A stretch of 64,000 bases of DNA from Selaginella moellendorffii (lineage: Eukaryota; Plantae; Lycopodiophyta). Both the position numbers and the translations under genes were made by a program. Each line of letters begins with the position of its first letter. Positions within the stretch are counted from its first letter, which is position 1. The DNA lies in assembly GCF_000143415.4 (NCBI RefSeq), contig NW_003314328.1, forward strand, positions 62,001 through 126,000, in the 5' to 3' direction. The notes below the pieces were generated by a model. That model was not told the DNA's origin. It saw only the letters and a list, made by a program, of their open reading frames with translations, and did no database searches. This document shows positions 12,239 to 25,416 of the stretch, piece after piece.

Positions 12239-15200
12239 CTATGAAGATACGCGCCGTTGTCTTAATCTCCACAGCATGAAGACGCACATTCCAGCCCCCG
12301 CTGCCGCTATTACAAGCTGAAAAGATTCGCTTAGTATTCGTGGAGAGGCTGGTTTTCAGGCAAAAATCTTACCTTGCGTGACACTGTAGTAGAGTTGAGT
12401 AAACCGGCGATGGCTTTCATCCGGGAAGGTCTCGGAACCAAAGCCACTGCCGTGTGACGCTGAGCGCATGGAACTGGCAAGATTCTACACAGTGCCCTCT
12501 GCATTGCGACTTCGTCGAGAGAGGACCTTACTGAGTCCCTCCATTGGTCTTGTCCCTGTGAAAGGAAAATGAGGAAACGATGCTCAAAAGCGAATCCCTT
12601 TTTTCGTTCTTCTCAAACCTGGAACGAGGTGTTCAAGTCGCCAACGTAGAGCCTTGATTGATACGCTCGCGACAATCGGTCTAGCCAATATACGTTCTCC
12701 TGTTTATCAAAAAAAAAAAAAAGAGGCATTGCTCGGTCAGCTCCAGAGAAAGATCACTCGTGATGGTTTGCACCTGTTGCCCATTCTCGTGAGCTCTCTG
12801 CTCAATCTCCAAGACCGTCAAAACTTCCTGTTTGGTGGGTCCTTCTAGTTGCAACCTTGCAACCTCTTCAAGAGAGAATTCGACCTGACAACAGAATGTT
12901 TATGTGCCAAAACATTCTGATTGAAGAGAAACTACTTACAAGTTTCCAGGCGCTATCGGGATCACAGGAGAAGCTGATCGCAATGTCACCACATACATCG
13001 CTTGACCTTGATGGCTTACTTCCGCCCAGAAAAGCCGAAACGGATGCAGTATATATCTGCTTACATCCCAACGTAAACAGAAGAGAAGGAAAAACAGAAG
13101 CTACGAACCTGCCCATGCTTGAACCTTAAAACTTGCATCATTTTCGTCTCTAGCAACTTGCTTATGAAACTTGTAAAGTGTACCTCTTCCATCTGGAAGA
13201 AAAGAGTAAGTTCCATCCTCAGAATAGCCTCAGAAATTACTCACCACATTGGAAGCTTTAAGCTCCACTGGAAATGTTATCTGTACGGAGCCTTGTGCTT
13301 CAATCATGCTGCGACGAACTTCCTCCCTGCACCACAGCAAGCTTGTCTTCCCGTTGCAAAATGTAATTTATGAACCTTATGATTCCAGCAGGAAAAGTAA
13401 ATGGCAGGCCTTGCAATTCGTCTCGATTGTACTTCATAACAGGCTCAGAAGGACTCGGGATACCACCCTACAAAAATAAGCATAAAAAATGGTGCTCATA
13501 ATGAACTACGTACCAGATACTGTAGAATCAGCGGCACGACTTTCTCTGGAATAATCTTGCCAACAATCGCAATAGTAAAAGCAGAAGGATCTTTAAAACA
13601 AGAATCAAAGAAAGCGCACGCCCTCAGAGGATCAACTTTGCGAAGATCTTTTACAGTAATGGGCTGCATTGCAAGGAAATGTCCGTATTTGGAAGACGAT
13701 GAGTAAACGCATGCATACCTTGAAGTAATAAGAGTTGCCATAATTAATTTCACGAACTCGGTTAACATACGCAGTAAATGGATCTCTTTCCTGAGCCTCA
13801 ATGCCTTCCTTCGTCATTTGCATAACTAGCTTTACTTCATCGTCCCCAGGATGGACACTGGTAACGAAAAGTTGATAGATCAGCTGCACATATTATAAAA
13901 AAAAACGGTAAAGTGTGGGAAGAAAAAAGAAGTATACAAAATTTATGGACCTGGAGTGCAATTTCTAGATCAGTGGGAGAACAATCCCCCGAGAAGCTAC
14001 GCATGTAGGCCCCAATCTTTGTTCCCACTTCAGCTCTTTTGCCAGCCAAGATATCCATGAGGACTGACGGCTTATGTCCAAAAACTCCAATCTCCCCTGC
14101 AATGGTAGATCCCATCGAACAGGTGAGAAAATCTTTCTCAGGCACTTGAGAGAGTCCACCATATGCAAATCCCGAAAATACTATCTGCATATATTACTGT
14201 CAGCTTCCAAGGCAAACGGACTCAAAACTAACCTGATCATCTAAAAAGTCTGTCGGCTTGTAACAAACACGAAGCCCATTGCTCAGGACGAGTTCTGTGG
14301 CTCCAAATTCTTCATAAACAGTGGTTTCCAGAATGACCCTGTGCAAATCATAGTCAGTATTGGAATGTGTGAAGAGAGATCCAAACAGAAAGAAAACAAT
14401 ACCCCGGCTCAGGTTTATTCTCAACAACCTCCTCGGGAACGTCCTCTTCATTCCACGGAGGAATAGAGCCCTCGTCTTCGAGAGCTTGAACTTTCGCAAT
14501 CACATTCTTTAAATCTTTAACCGTAACACTAACGCGAGGCTCTATCGTCTTGATAATGCAGCTGAGACGAGCCTTGAGAAGGTGAGCAATGTCAGCAACT
14601 TCTGTCGCAGTGATTCCTGCATGAACATGAAAGTACACAAACATCAGGAAAATAGAAGCATCAGTAGCAAACCTGGTAAAACAGCCTTTTGAAGACGAGC
14701 TTCGTACTCAATTCCAACGACAGGTTCATTATGGAGAAAGTGCTGGAGAAAAGGAAAAACAAAGGTCAAATATGCAGACGAGAGAACCACCCACCTCCAT
14801 GTATTCTTCTCGGTAGGATGTTGATTGCATCTGGTCCCTTTCTAAGTATGCTGACTCCATGTCTGTTGTCAAAAACGCACGAACCATTGCAAGTTCACGT
14901 TCTGAAAATCCGTGCAGTCTTATTCTAGCAACCTGCAGACAATATACATCAGCTAGAGAGAACATCCTCATAAGTACAACCTTACTTCAGTAAGAATGGA
15001 CTCGACAGCTTCGAGTGTACCTTTCTCCTTGCAACTTGCAGTGATGGTGTAGGCTTTTACAGGTCGAACCAGATTGTCATCCACTGAGGCACAGGAAAAG
15101 AAGGGAGGCTCCTGCTGCCTTGAAAGTTTAAAGAATCTTTGATTGAGAGCGCTGTGAAACATTCCCTCAGCTACAGTATATCGATAGTCTGCAACTGTAA

Positions 15201-16445
15201 CAATTTGCCTCGATGGGATTTTCCAGCTGGCCACCACAGCTGACTGCGGACAAGTTGTGTTAATGACAATTATCAAAGTAGAGCATGCATACTTACTCCT
15301 CCGGCCTCTGTTTCAGCAAAGCAGGAAAATCGGGGCTCTTCATGACTTGGAACATGATATAGAGGCAATTCATTGTATGCCCGTTTCTCAAACACGGGGT
15401 CCTTCTCTTGAAAGTGAAGCTTTATGAGTTCTACCACACTCTGCATCAACAGTACCATATGAGATCAACAAATAATAAAAAACAAAACATAGCAATTACC
15501 TCCGTATCTTCAAAGTCTCCTACGGCTACAAAAGCCATATGTTTCGGGTGATACCATTTATGATAAAAGTTTCTGACAGTTTCCGCAGAGACATTCCGAA
15601 TGACATTTTCGAGTCCAATCGGTAAACGATCAGCGTACTGGGAAAATCACAAGTCAAAAACTGCAAAAGCATTCATAGTGATAATCGTTACCTTTGATCC
15701 TTGCATGAGGAGCAACCAATGCGCCTGTTGCATCCGTCCTAAGGCATTGCGATCGCCTCTGTACTCCTCCATGACCGCTCCCCTCTCCTTTTCCAAATCT
15801 TCTTGTGATGCACGAATCTAAACAAAACTCAACCATACAGGAAAAAAAAAAAAAGGCGAGAGTAGATACCCCAGCGCTAAACTCCGCGAGGACCGAGATA
15901 GCTTGTGATAGAAGCTCTGGTTTATCAACAGGAACCAGGAGCTCGTAGATAGTCTCGTCTGCCGACGTCATGGCATTTTGACAAGCACCAAATTCAGCAC
16001 CAATGCTCTCCAGGAATTTCACAATGTCGTGGTTCGTATACTTCGTCGTGGCACTGAAAGCCAAGTGCTCGAGAATGTGAGCCACTCCACGCTCCTCCTC
16101 CTCTTCCATTACCGACCTAGACAAGCAAAGAAGCAAATAAGATTTCCCGGAGAAAAACGCAGAGAATGCAGGGAAGAAAGCTCCATACCCGATCCTGACT
16201 CCCAGCGCGAGCGCAGCTCTCGCCCGAGGCTTGGCATTCTGCCGAACGTAATAACACATACCATTGTCGAGCGTGCCATAGACGACCCCGACCGGCGTCG
16301 ACGGCAGCAAATCCTCCTCGCGCAGCTCCAGCGGCTTGAGCGATTTGAAGGAGAGATTGGATGGCATCGCTAGAATGTCCGCGGCGGCTGGAGCAGCAGC
16401 AGCGGCGACCTCTCCTCGCTCCATGGCGATCGCCATTTCATCCAC
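12239..16445 (-). CDS. M16 (insulinase-family) zinc peptidase, PqqL-like, multi-exon
   Basis: GTLDNGMCYYVRQNAKPRARAALAL, inverted zinc motif GVAHILEHLAFSAT, second-half LVLSNGLRVCYKPTDFLDDQ; last exon LVIAAAGAGMCVFMLWRLRQRRVSS* (hydrophobic tail). Confidence 0.92.
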
Positions 16446-16577
16446 CAGAGAGCTCGAAAGCCCTAAAATTGGAAGCTTAGGGTTTTATACAGAGTTAAAA
16501 GCGTTTTCATTAAAGGCGATAACAGACTTTAGCTAACTATACACATTACAGTTAGTTAGCACAGCTTTACGTAATAC

Positions 16578-19500
16578 TTACTTGCACGAAGAGAGGAGAG
16601 AGTTCACGACGTGGATGACGAGCCGGAGAGAGTTTGCGAGCTCGCCGGTAGCGGGTGTGATCATCACTTGGCGATGGAGGTTCTGGTAGAGCTGGTCCAG
16701 GAACGCTCTCATGTGTGGCGCTAGAACTGGATCGCTTGGATTCAATGCCACTGATGCTCCTTGGATCCAAGTTAGCTTGCGAGCGGTGTCTTTGCCGAGA
16801 TCACAGCCCAGTTGCTGGACGAGCGACAGCAGCACCCCTTGGCTCAGTGGAGGTGTCGCGGACGAGAAGACTGTCGCGGGATCCACCTGGAGCGAAAGTG
16901 TGTCATTTTCCATGGAAGAGATTGAATGGAAAAGAATACCTGGTTGCAAAGCCACGACACGACCGAGACGTCGCTGAGTGAGAGAGCCTTGTTGAAAGCT
17001 TCCTCCAGTTTCCCTTGAGATAGTAGCCTGCTGAGCTCTTTCGTGGGATCCAGCGTCTCTTCGACATGCTGCAAAGAGAGCACCTGTAAGATATCGCAAC
17101 TTAGTTACCGAGAAAGCGTCTGTAAACGTAGAGAAACGATCACCTTATCAGGGAGCGTCCCGCTGGCTTGTTTGAGAGGGAACTGATAGCGAGTTTCCGC
17201 AAGAGCAGCAAGTTTTCTCTGGCCATCAGCCAACTCAGACTTGAGTGTTTGAGCCAGGCTATTCACCGAGTCCTGAAAACAGTAACAGGGCAGGGCGTAA
17301 GAACATACAGAAATGAGAGGCTGGTTTTAGACCTGAAGGCTCGATGCTAGAGCATTATGGGATGCGGAAGCTTGCTGCTGCGCATGGCTAGTGTGCTCAG
17401 CCATCCCTTTCTGGAAAGCTCCATCAACTTGTTCAAACATAGCTCTACATGAGCGCTCGAAACTTGGGACAACGGATCCTTCGAAACAGGTCCGCATTGC
17501 ATCCTGCTCGCACAAGTGCTAAATGAAAAAAACATCACATTCAAAAGAATACAGCACCTGTAATGCCTGCTTGGCAGTAGTCTGGAATTGAGATTGCAAG
17601 TGACGGGCCACAGATGCATCCAGCTTCGTTGTGACTGCTTTCTCCACATTTGCTACAGCTTTCTCACTCAAGTTCTACACACAAAGAAAAGGTGAGAAGC
17701 ACGTTGGAACTAAAAGCTTAGGGGGACAAACCTGTGAGGATTCAGCCAAAGCAGTCGCTATTGCCTTCTCAACTGATTGAGAAAGCAGCTTAGCAACGGC
17801 AGGACCGACGGCGGCCAGTTCCTTCTTTAAAATACGCTCCATTGCCGTCGGCACCTCCTTCGTTGAGTTTATGCAGTTTGTCAGCGTGGTTGTCAGCTGC
17901 TGAGACCGCTCACGCTCGGCTTTCTCTCGTTTGACGCTTTCTTCCTGTAGCTTTGCATACATCGCGTCCACATTCGCTTTCAAAATCTTTTCCAGCCGTT
18001 GCCCCAGAGATGTCTCCATGCGCTTCACCTCTTTAGTCATAGGCACAGTTATCATGACCGACAGCTGCTTCTGCAAATCCTTATGCATCGCCAAGAGCTG
18101 AAAATACAAACTTAAGAAGATTGAACGAGAAACAAAAGCCTCAAACCTGGTTAAGAGTGTCTTGCAGACTATCAGAAGGAGAAATCCCGTTCGTTTCCGC
18201 CTCAGGAAGAACAGCACTTGATGACGGAGCTTGTACTGCGGGCGCAACAGCCTTGTTCTTGTTTTTCTTGCCTTTCAAAACCGCTGGAGACTGAGAAGCT
18301 GATGCAGTATTTCCTTCCGAGATTTTGGAGACTTCTTTCAGGTCGCCTAGATCCTCAACAGGCATTCCCACACTTCTTCCGTCGGGGAGTTCGGCCTCAT
18401 CTGTCCGTTCGGAAAAGGATGGCTGCATCGATGGTTGCGAGAACTTCTGAATGAGAGCATCTGCTTCAGCTTCAAGTTCCGGATTGCCGCTCTCCAGCGC
18501 GTCGATGATCTCATCAGTATTCTCAATGAAACCTCGCGCAGTAGAAACCCTTGCCTCATATGTACCTTCGTCATCGCCACCAGCTCTTGCATCAAATTCT
18601 TCATCCCCTGTCGTTCCAGTTTTCAAGGGAACTTCAGTCTTCGAACGAGCAACCATTGACATCAACTCTGATGGCGTAATCAAATGTGGCTGCTTTGACG
18701 GCTTTCCACCTTCCTTTTTGTCTTCCTTCTCATCAATTTCCTCACTCCTCTTCGCAGGCTCTGTCACGTCCAAGACGGCATCCGATAAAACAGCTTTATC
18801 GATTTGATCTGAAATAACAATAGTCAGTCGATCACCACATGTTGAAATAAAAGCTACGTACCAGCGTCGGAAGGCACCGCAGCTGCCACCTGACTATAAC
18901 TATCCTTGGGCTTACTATCGACATGTCCCTTGCCTTTCTCCGTAGTCGTAGCAGCGAAATCCTTGTCGATGCTCGGTTTTGGAGTATGCATTGGTGACGT
19001 TGCCTGAATGCTTGCTGAGAAACCGGAATCAAGTACCGAATCTGGTTTCCCTTCTGCTGGAGGAAGGCACATAAACAAGCTCAGCGAGTATTGCTGAATA
19101 GCCTGCGTCTGGACGCAGTATACTTGCATGGCCCCGTCACCATCCAGTTGACTGTCGCTGGTAGCCGTAAAGCTCAGAATCGGCATTTTGACAGAAAACT
19201 CTGCTAAATAGTCCATCCGGGCCAAAGACGCCGTTGTTCCCATCTCGACGTGTATCGCGTAGATAGCATTCCTCTTTGCGTTTGCTAGCAAAATCAGGTT
19301 GGCGCGAGGAACTATTATCATCTGGTTGAAGAAGGCTTCCTCAACCTTCTTTTCGAGAGAGCTTTTCAGCTCCAAAGTTTGTATGCATTTCCAATTCACC
19401 GCATCAATAGGAGCCCAAAGCTTCAGGTCCTTGTTCAGTGGTCCCTACAAACACAGGATCATTAAAAAAACTTATCTCATTAGTTCGAGACATACCGCAG

Positions 19501-21075
19501 TTAGCAGGACAACTTGGTCTTGACGTCGAGGAGAGCTCAAAAATGCAACCGAATTGACGGTCAGTGTGCCGTGGGGATTGAGTACAATCGGTTGATTATC
19601 GCCCCAAATACGAACCTGAAAATTTGGATGGGAACAAGAATAACAACGTCCTGAACACAAACCGTTCCATCTTTGGACGAAGAAGCAAAACGATGACTTC
19701 CGGGATAGACAGCCAGGCCAGTGACTTCGTCCTCATGGTTGCCGACGACACGAACCCCATCAATGGGGGTTTTCACGTTGCACTGTATCGGCTCTTCAGC
19801 TGAAAACGTTGTATTTCTGAACCTAGAGAGGTCTATAGTCAAAACATACTTTCCAATGCCCACTATCAAAAAGTCCTGCACAATTGGGATCACTTTTAGC
19901 CGCGTTTCTCAAACATGAAAGGATACTAACCTGGCGTGAGTGCCAACACACGCGTGGTTGAGCAGATTCCCAGTCCCCAACAAAATGGATTGCTGCTAGA
20001 ATCTGCTCGGTCGGTAAGTTCTTCCCATCTTCACCAACATCTTCCACTATCCTCCGAGCAAAAACCCGGCCTTCGATGCTTGAACTAAAACAACCACCAA
20101 AAGAAACATTCAGTCACCATCATGCGAATAGAAGATCGCCATAAATACCTTGCTAGAACATGAGTATCACTAGACAAAAAAGTCATATCCAGTACCCTCT
20201 GCAAATCGACGAAAGCGTCAGTCCGGCCTCTAGAAAAACAAGAGAAAACTTACTTGGGTATGGCCTGCGAAGAGGTTACGTGTCCCAGTGTTAATGTTTA
20301 GAATACGAATTTTTCCAGCTCGGAGACCATAGCAGATGTAGCTCTTGTTCACGGCAATCTGACGTCCCACCACCAACGCAGGCTCGGAGCTATAAACAGT
20401 GATCGTAGAAACTTCGAGCTGAGGCTGTTCTTCTGTATCACCCCGATTGTCGATATCATACACCGCTCGCTCTCCAGACAAGAATCGTCCCTTTGCTGCT
20501 TTTCCCGAGATCCTGCTTTGCGGAGCCAAACTACTCACCGGAGGAGCCGACGGCAAGGCTGGAGCTATCGCTGGAGGAGCCTCGGAGGTTTCAATGGCAC
20601 TGGGAGCAGTATTGGAAGACGAGGAAGAAGTAACAGTAGTGGTGGTAGTCACAGCAGCTGGTGGAAGCTCCAAGGACGATGGATGGCTCAAGAGAGGAGC
20701 TTCGCTGCGAAGATCTCCCGTGGACTGTGTGGTGAGGAGAGCCATAAGCCTTGCTCCATCCAAGGGCGGGCTCGACACGGATGGCTGTGAGGAAGATTGT
20801 TGGGGCAGTGGAGAGACAACCGATTGGCTGAAAGGAGCTTGAGGCTGGATGAAAGGAGGAGCTGGGCGAGCGTCCTGGGTGGGATAATGCATGAAAGAGT
20901 ATGGCGCTGGGAATGGGAAAGAAGGCGCTGGCGAGGACGATACTGGAGGAGGATAAGTGCTCTGTGGAGGGAAGGGGTAAGGATGATACGGAGAACCTGT
21001 GCTGGAAGCCGGTGACGGCGATGAGCTCTTGAAGAAATTCTGGATGTCAAAGTTTTGAGGAGCGCCCGTCCCCAT
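16578..21075 (-). CDS. VCS: VARICOSE / enhancer of mRNA decapping 4 (EDC4, Ge-1) homolog, multi-exon
   Basis: Pro-rich N-terminus, [18 protein letters not shown] and WD40 region, [18 protein letters not shown], coiled coil, C-terminal [17 protein letters not shown]…[11 protein letters not shown]. Confidence 0.92.
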
Positions 21076-21459
21076 CTCTTCAGTCGCTAGAATCCTAGAA
21101 TCACAGCCGAGGCGAGTAGAATCAACGCGCGCACTGGAAGAATGCCGCAATGCTTACCGATGATCGAGCGGATCACAGAGCGCCGCGGCCCCGGGCGGCG
21201 TCCAGCTTGGAAGCAGCAAGCGATGAAGCTGGCCCTAACCCTAAAATCTCACTCCTTGGATACCCATTGTCGCCATAGCCGGATCACGCAAGGACTTCCG
21301 TACCCTTCAAAAGTGGAACGCGCCTGGCCGTCGGATCCTGCTAGTACCGCGTACGGCAAATATCATGACTTTGATATTCCCGATTTGTAGGCATCTTTCT
21401 TACGTTTGCGGTATTATTTAGTTCAACTCATAAATGTGGAACATAGGATAGAAATATCC
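21076..21459. promoter_or_regulatory. Putative bidirectional promoter between VCS and a PPR gene
   Basis: 384 bp between divergent ATGs (21075, 21460); telo-box-like ccctaaccctaaa at ~21233-21245. Confidence 0.5.
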
Positions 21460-23631
21460 ATGCTAGATGCGAACTTTACAAATCTCGTCAAGGATTGCAA
21501 GAGCCTCTCTTTGGCAAAATCTCTCCACAAACAAATCCTCGAGAGCGAGCGCCGAGACGAACGGTTCCTTTGCAACCTTGTGGTGGGCATGTACGGAAGG
21601 TGTGCAAGCTTGGACTCTGCGCAGCTCGCCTTTAACAATATCCGCAATCCCAACACTTTCAGCTGGAACATTCTTCTCACAGGATATGCCCAGAATGGGC
21701 ATATTGAGAAAGCCAAAGAGATTCTTGAAACGATGCCGAATCCCAACACTGTCTCATACACAACGGTCTTAGCTGCCATTTTTCACTATGATAAAATCGA
21801 ATCTCTTACGGAGTTCTTTGAAAACATACCATGCAAGGACATCGTTACGTGGAATGTGATGCTTCACGCATATGCCCGGACAGGGCATATGCTACTTGTT
21901 ACCGAGACTCTGGAGAGAATGCCCGTGGCAGACATAGTCTCCTGGGCAATCGTTATTCAAGCTCACGTAGATAACGAAGATCTTGATCAAGCCATTGTTC
22001 TATTTAGCTCGGTTCCAGCAACGGATTTTGTGTGCTACAACATCGTCATGCAAGCTTGTGTGAAGCACGGCCAGATAGAAAAAGCTCGAGACATCTTTGA
22101 ATCCATGCCAGAAAGGAACTTGGCATCGTGGAACATCATGGTGGGAGCTTACGCATCCAGTGATCATGCAAACTGTGCTGAGGCACAGGCGATATTTGAT
22201 CAAATGCCTGCTCGAGAGCTTCTCTCGTATAATTGCCTCCTTGCTTCTTACGTTCACAGCAATCAGAGTGAAGTAGCGAGGACGATCTTCGAAAGACTAA
22301 TGCCCGAGCACGACACGGTCTCGTGGACCATCCTTCTCACGAAATATGCTCAGCTTGGATATACAAACGTGTCCGAAGAGATGTTTACTAGCATGCCGGT
22401 CTACGATGTTTATGCTTGTGATGCAATGCTGGCTGCTTATTGCCAGGATGAGAACCTTGAGAAAGCGGAAATATTGTTTGCGTCCATGCCGAAGCGAGCC
22501 ATAGTCTCATGGAACACACTTCTCGCCGGATATGCCCGTAAAGGGCATGCTGCGAAAGCAAAGAAGCTGTTTGACGAGATGCCCGAGAAAGATATTCTGT
22601 CGTGCAACTCCTTACTTCTGGCTTACGTTGAATCCAAAGAGAAGGTTTTGCTTGATCAAGCCTGGAATTTTTTGCTCAAACAGATGCCACACCACGACGT
22701 TGTTTCGTGGAACACCTTGATATCGGCCTATGCCCAAAACGGATATGTAAAGAACGCCCGAAACTTATTCGACAGTATGCCAAACCGGAACCAAGTGAGC
22801 AACAATGCAATGATCTCCGCGTATGGAAGTTTTGGAACAATCGAGGAAACAAAGTTCTTCTTTGACACAATGCCGGCTTGGGACTCACAGTCATGGAGCG
22901 CGATGATGAATGCCTACTCTAGAAATGGACGAAGCAGCGACGCTATCGATTTCTTCCGAGACTTGTGCTTCTCAGGAATACTTCCGGACGAGCTCAACTT
23001 CGCGAGCGCTCTCGAGGCCTGTGCGAGTGTCACGGATCTAGCCAATGGCCTCGAGATCTATTACAAGTTTGTGAGCTCGGGACTTCCCTGGGATACAAAA
23101 GTTGGCTGTGCTCTCGTCGACATGCTGGGAAAATTCGGCCAGTGCGAGCTCTCGCTGCAGGTTTTCGATCGAGTTTCCCATCGCACTGTGGATTTGTGGG
23201 CTGTTTACATGCGAGCTCTTGCTCACAACAGCAAGAACTTGCTCGCGTTGGAAGCTTTATACGAGATGTACCTCGAAGGTTTGAAGCCGGATCAATCGGT
23301 GTTTGTCACCATTCTCTCCGTTTGCAGCCAAGCGGGATTTGTCTCTCGGGGATTGGAGCTCTTTGCAAGAAAGTTTGATGATCTCTCCAGCAGTGAGATC
23401 TTTAGCTCTTTGCATTACCACTGCGTGATCGATCTTCTGGCAAGAGCTGGGCGGCTGGAAGAAGCCCAAAGATTATTCCAAGCCATGCCTTGCAAGCCTG
23501 GCGTGAATGCGTGGTCGGCACTGCTCAATGGTTGTGGCTTGCATCGCGATCTTGATCGAGCAAGCTTGCGAATTTTGGCGGCAATCCAATGGTCGACATT
23601 TAAAGCTGGTCAATCAACGGTCCACATTTGA
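21460..23631 (+). CDS. PLS-class PPR protein (~723 aa from first ATG), truncated E region, no DYW
   Basis: ORF track start 21406 is TTG; first in-frame ATG 21460. Repeat array, HYHCVIDLLARAGRLEEA…WSALLNGC. Confidence 0.9.
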   Translation: MLDANFTNLVKDCKSLSLAKSLHKQILESERRDERFLCNLVVGMYGRCASLDSAQLAFNNIRNPNTFSWNILLTGYAQNGHIEKAKEILETMPNPNTVSYTTVLAAIFHYDKIESLTEFFENIPCKDIVTWNVMLHAYARTGHMLLVTETLERMPVADIVSWAIVIQAHVDNEDLDQAIVLFSSVPATDFVCYNIVMQACVKHGQIEKARDIFESMPERNLASWNIMVGAYASSDHANCAEAQAIFDQMPARELLSYNCLLASYVHSNQSEVARTIFERLMPEHDTVSWTILLTKYAQLGYTNVSEEMFTSMPVYDVYACDAMLAAYCQDENLEKAEILFASMPKRAIVSWNTLLAGYARKGHAAKAKKLFDEMPEKDILSCNSLLLAYVESKEKVLLDQAWNFLLKQMPHHDVVSWNTLISAYAQNGYVKNARNLFDSMPNRNQVSNNAMISAYGSFGTIEETKFFFDTMPAWDSQSWSAMMNAYSRNGRSSDAIDFFRDLCFSGILPDELNFASALEACASVTDLANGLEIYYKFVSSGLPWDTKVGCALVDMLGKFGQCELSLQVFDRVSHRTVDLWAVYMRALAHNSKNLLALEALYEMYLEGLKPDQSVFVTILSVCSQAGFVSRGLELFARKFDDLSSSEIFSSLHYHCVIDLLARAGRLEEAQRLFQAMPCKPGVNAWSALLNGCGLHRDLDRASLRILAAIQWSTFKAGQSTVHI

Positions 23632-25416
23632 ATGGATTCACAACCGAGAACGCTCGTCGAGTGGAACGTACTCCTTTCTTCTTGCGCTCGCAGAGGATGC
23701 CTCGAGGAGGCAAAGTACGCATTCGACTCTATGCCTGCTTGGAGCCCAGTTTCTTGGAATGCCCTTCTCGCAGCTTACGAGAAGAATGGATCCGTGGACG
23801 ATGCCAGGAAATTCTTCAACCAGATGCCGTTCAAGAACCTCATCTCCTGGAATTGTATCCTTGGCTCGTATTCTCAAAAGGGACACCTCGCAGAGGCCGA
23901 AGAGATCTTTCATTCCATGCCACAAAGAAACCTTGCTACGTGGAACACCCTGCTAGCTGCGTATTCCCTCCGAGGTCTCTTAGAGCAAGCCACGCTTGCG
24001 TTCGAAGAAATCCCGGAAAGAGATCTTTTCACTTGGAACAGCATGTTTAGTACATATGCCCGTGTTGGGGATTTTTCTCAGGCAAAAAGAGCGTATGAGA
24101 CAATGCCGGAGAGGGACTTAATCACCATGAACGTTTACCTAAAATTTTTGGTCAGCCGACACCTCTTAGAGGAGTCTATAGATTTGTTTTGTTTGATGCC
24201 TGAGAGGGATCTTGTGTCGTACACAACATTGCTTACAGCATATGCCTCGAACAGGCAATTTGATAAAGCGGAAACAGTGTTTGGTATCATGCCGCAGCAG
24301 AGTATTGTCTCCTGGACGGCTCTTCTTTCAATGTTCGTTGAGGCTGGGAATTTTCATCAGTCGTTGAAAACGTTTGAATCGATGCCAAAACACGATACAG
24401 TATCAGCAAACGCAATGCTTACTGCGTATGCCGTGTCTGGGCGAGTTTTGGAGATGAAAAACCTGTACGATAGGATGCTTGTGCGTAATATCGTCTCGTG
24501 TAACATTATGCTTGACTCGTATACGCGATATAAAAGCTTAGGGGACGCTCTTTTTTTCCTAGAAACTGTTTCTCGCTTAGACTTAGTGTCATGGAATATC
24601 ATTCTTGCAGCATATGCCTTAGCTGGGCATATTGAGCTTGCAACATGCACATTCGCTCAAATGCCTGTAAAAGACTTAGTGTCGTGGAAAGCTCTTCTTG
24701 GTGGCTACATGAGAATTGGCGATTACGCAAGTACCATCAAAGTTTTTAATGAGATGCCTGAGCGAGATGCTGGATCATGCACCTACATCCTCGCAGCTCA
24801 CATCCAAGCCTGCCGCCAGCCGCTTGCAAAGAAATTCTTCTTTTGTGACATGGTCGAGCGAGATCTCGTGACATGGAACACCATGCTCAATTGCTACGCA
24901 CAAAGAGGCCTCCCAAGATCGACCGAGCTCTTCTTTCACACAATGCCTGAGCGTGACACCATCTCTTGGACGGTTGTGTTACACTCTTACGCAAGCGTCG
25001 GCCACCTCGAACGCGTACAGGATATCTTTTCTAAATTGAAGGTGGCAGCCGACCTTGCGGATGGGATTTGCTTCGTCCTAGTGCTCGCTACGTGCGCGCG
25101 GCGGGGAAAACTCTACAATGCCTGGTCGCATTTTACCTCCATGGTAGCCGACTATGGTGTGGAGCACACCGAGCAGCACTATTCTTGCATGGTTGACGCA
25201 CTTGGCCGGGCTGGTCATTTGCGCGAGGCACAAGAACTCTTGAGTAGCATGCCGTTCGTTCCCAGGATCTTGGAGTGGTCGTGTGTTCTTGGAGCCTCCA
25301 AGCTCCACTGTGATGGCGACCATGGAAGCTGGGCAGCTACGGAGGTCCTTCGTTTGGACCCAGGAAACCAAGCAACATATACGATCCTTGCTAGCAATTC
25401 ATTCCCTTTTGGATGA
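23632..25416 (+). CDS. PLS-class PPR protein (594 aa) with E region, no DYW
   Basis: ATG directly after previous stop; 31-aa repeat array; HYSCMVDALGRAGHLREA…ATYTILASN. Confidence 0.85.
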   Translation: MDSQPRTLVEWNVLLSSCARRGCLEEAKYAFDSMPAWSPVSWNALLAAYEKNGSVDDARKFFNQMPFKNLISWNCILGSYSQKGHLAEAEEIFHSMPQRNLATWNTLLAAYSLRGLLEQATLAFEEIPERDLFTWNSMFSTYARVGDFSQAKRAYETMPERDLITMNVYLKFLVSRHLLEESIDLFCLMPERDLVSYTTLLTAYASNRQFDKAETVFGIMPQQSIVSWTALLSMFVEAGNFHQSLKTFESMPKHDTVSANAMLTAYAVSGRVLEMKNLYDRMLVRNIVSCNIMLDSYTRYKSLGDALFFLETVSRLDLVSWNIILAAYALAGHIELATCTFAQMPVKDLVSWKALLGGYMRIGDYASTIKVFNEMPERDAGSCTYILAAHIQACRQPLAKKFFFCDMVERDLVTWNTMLNCYAQRGLPRSTELFFHTMPERDTISWTVVLHSYASVGHLERVQDIFSKLKVAADLADGICFVLVLATCARRGKLYNAWSHFTSMVADYGVEHTEQHYSCMVDALGRAGHLREAQELLSSMPFVPRILEWSCVLGASKLHCDGDHGSWAATEVLRLDPGNQATYTILASNSFPFG

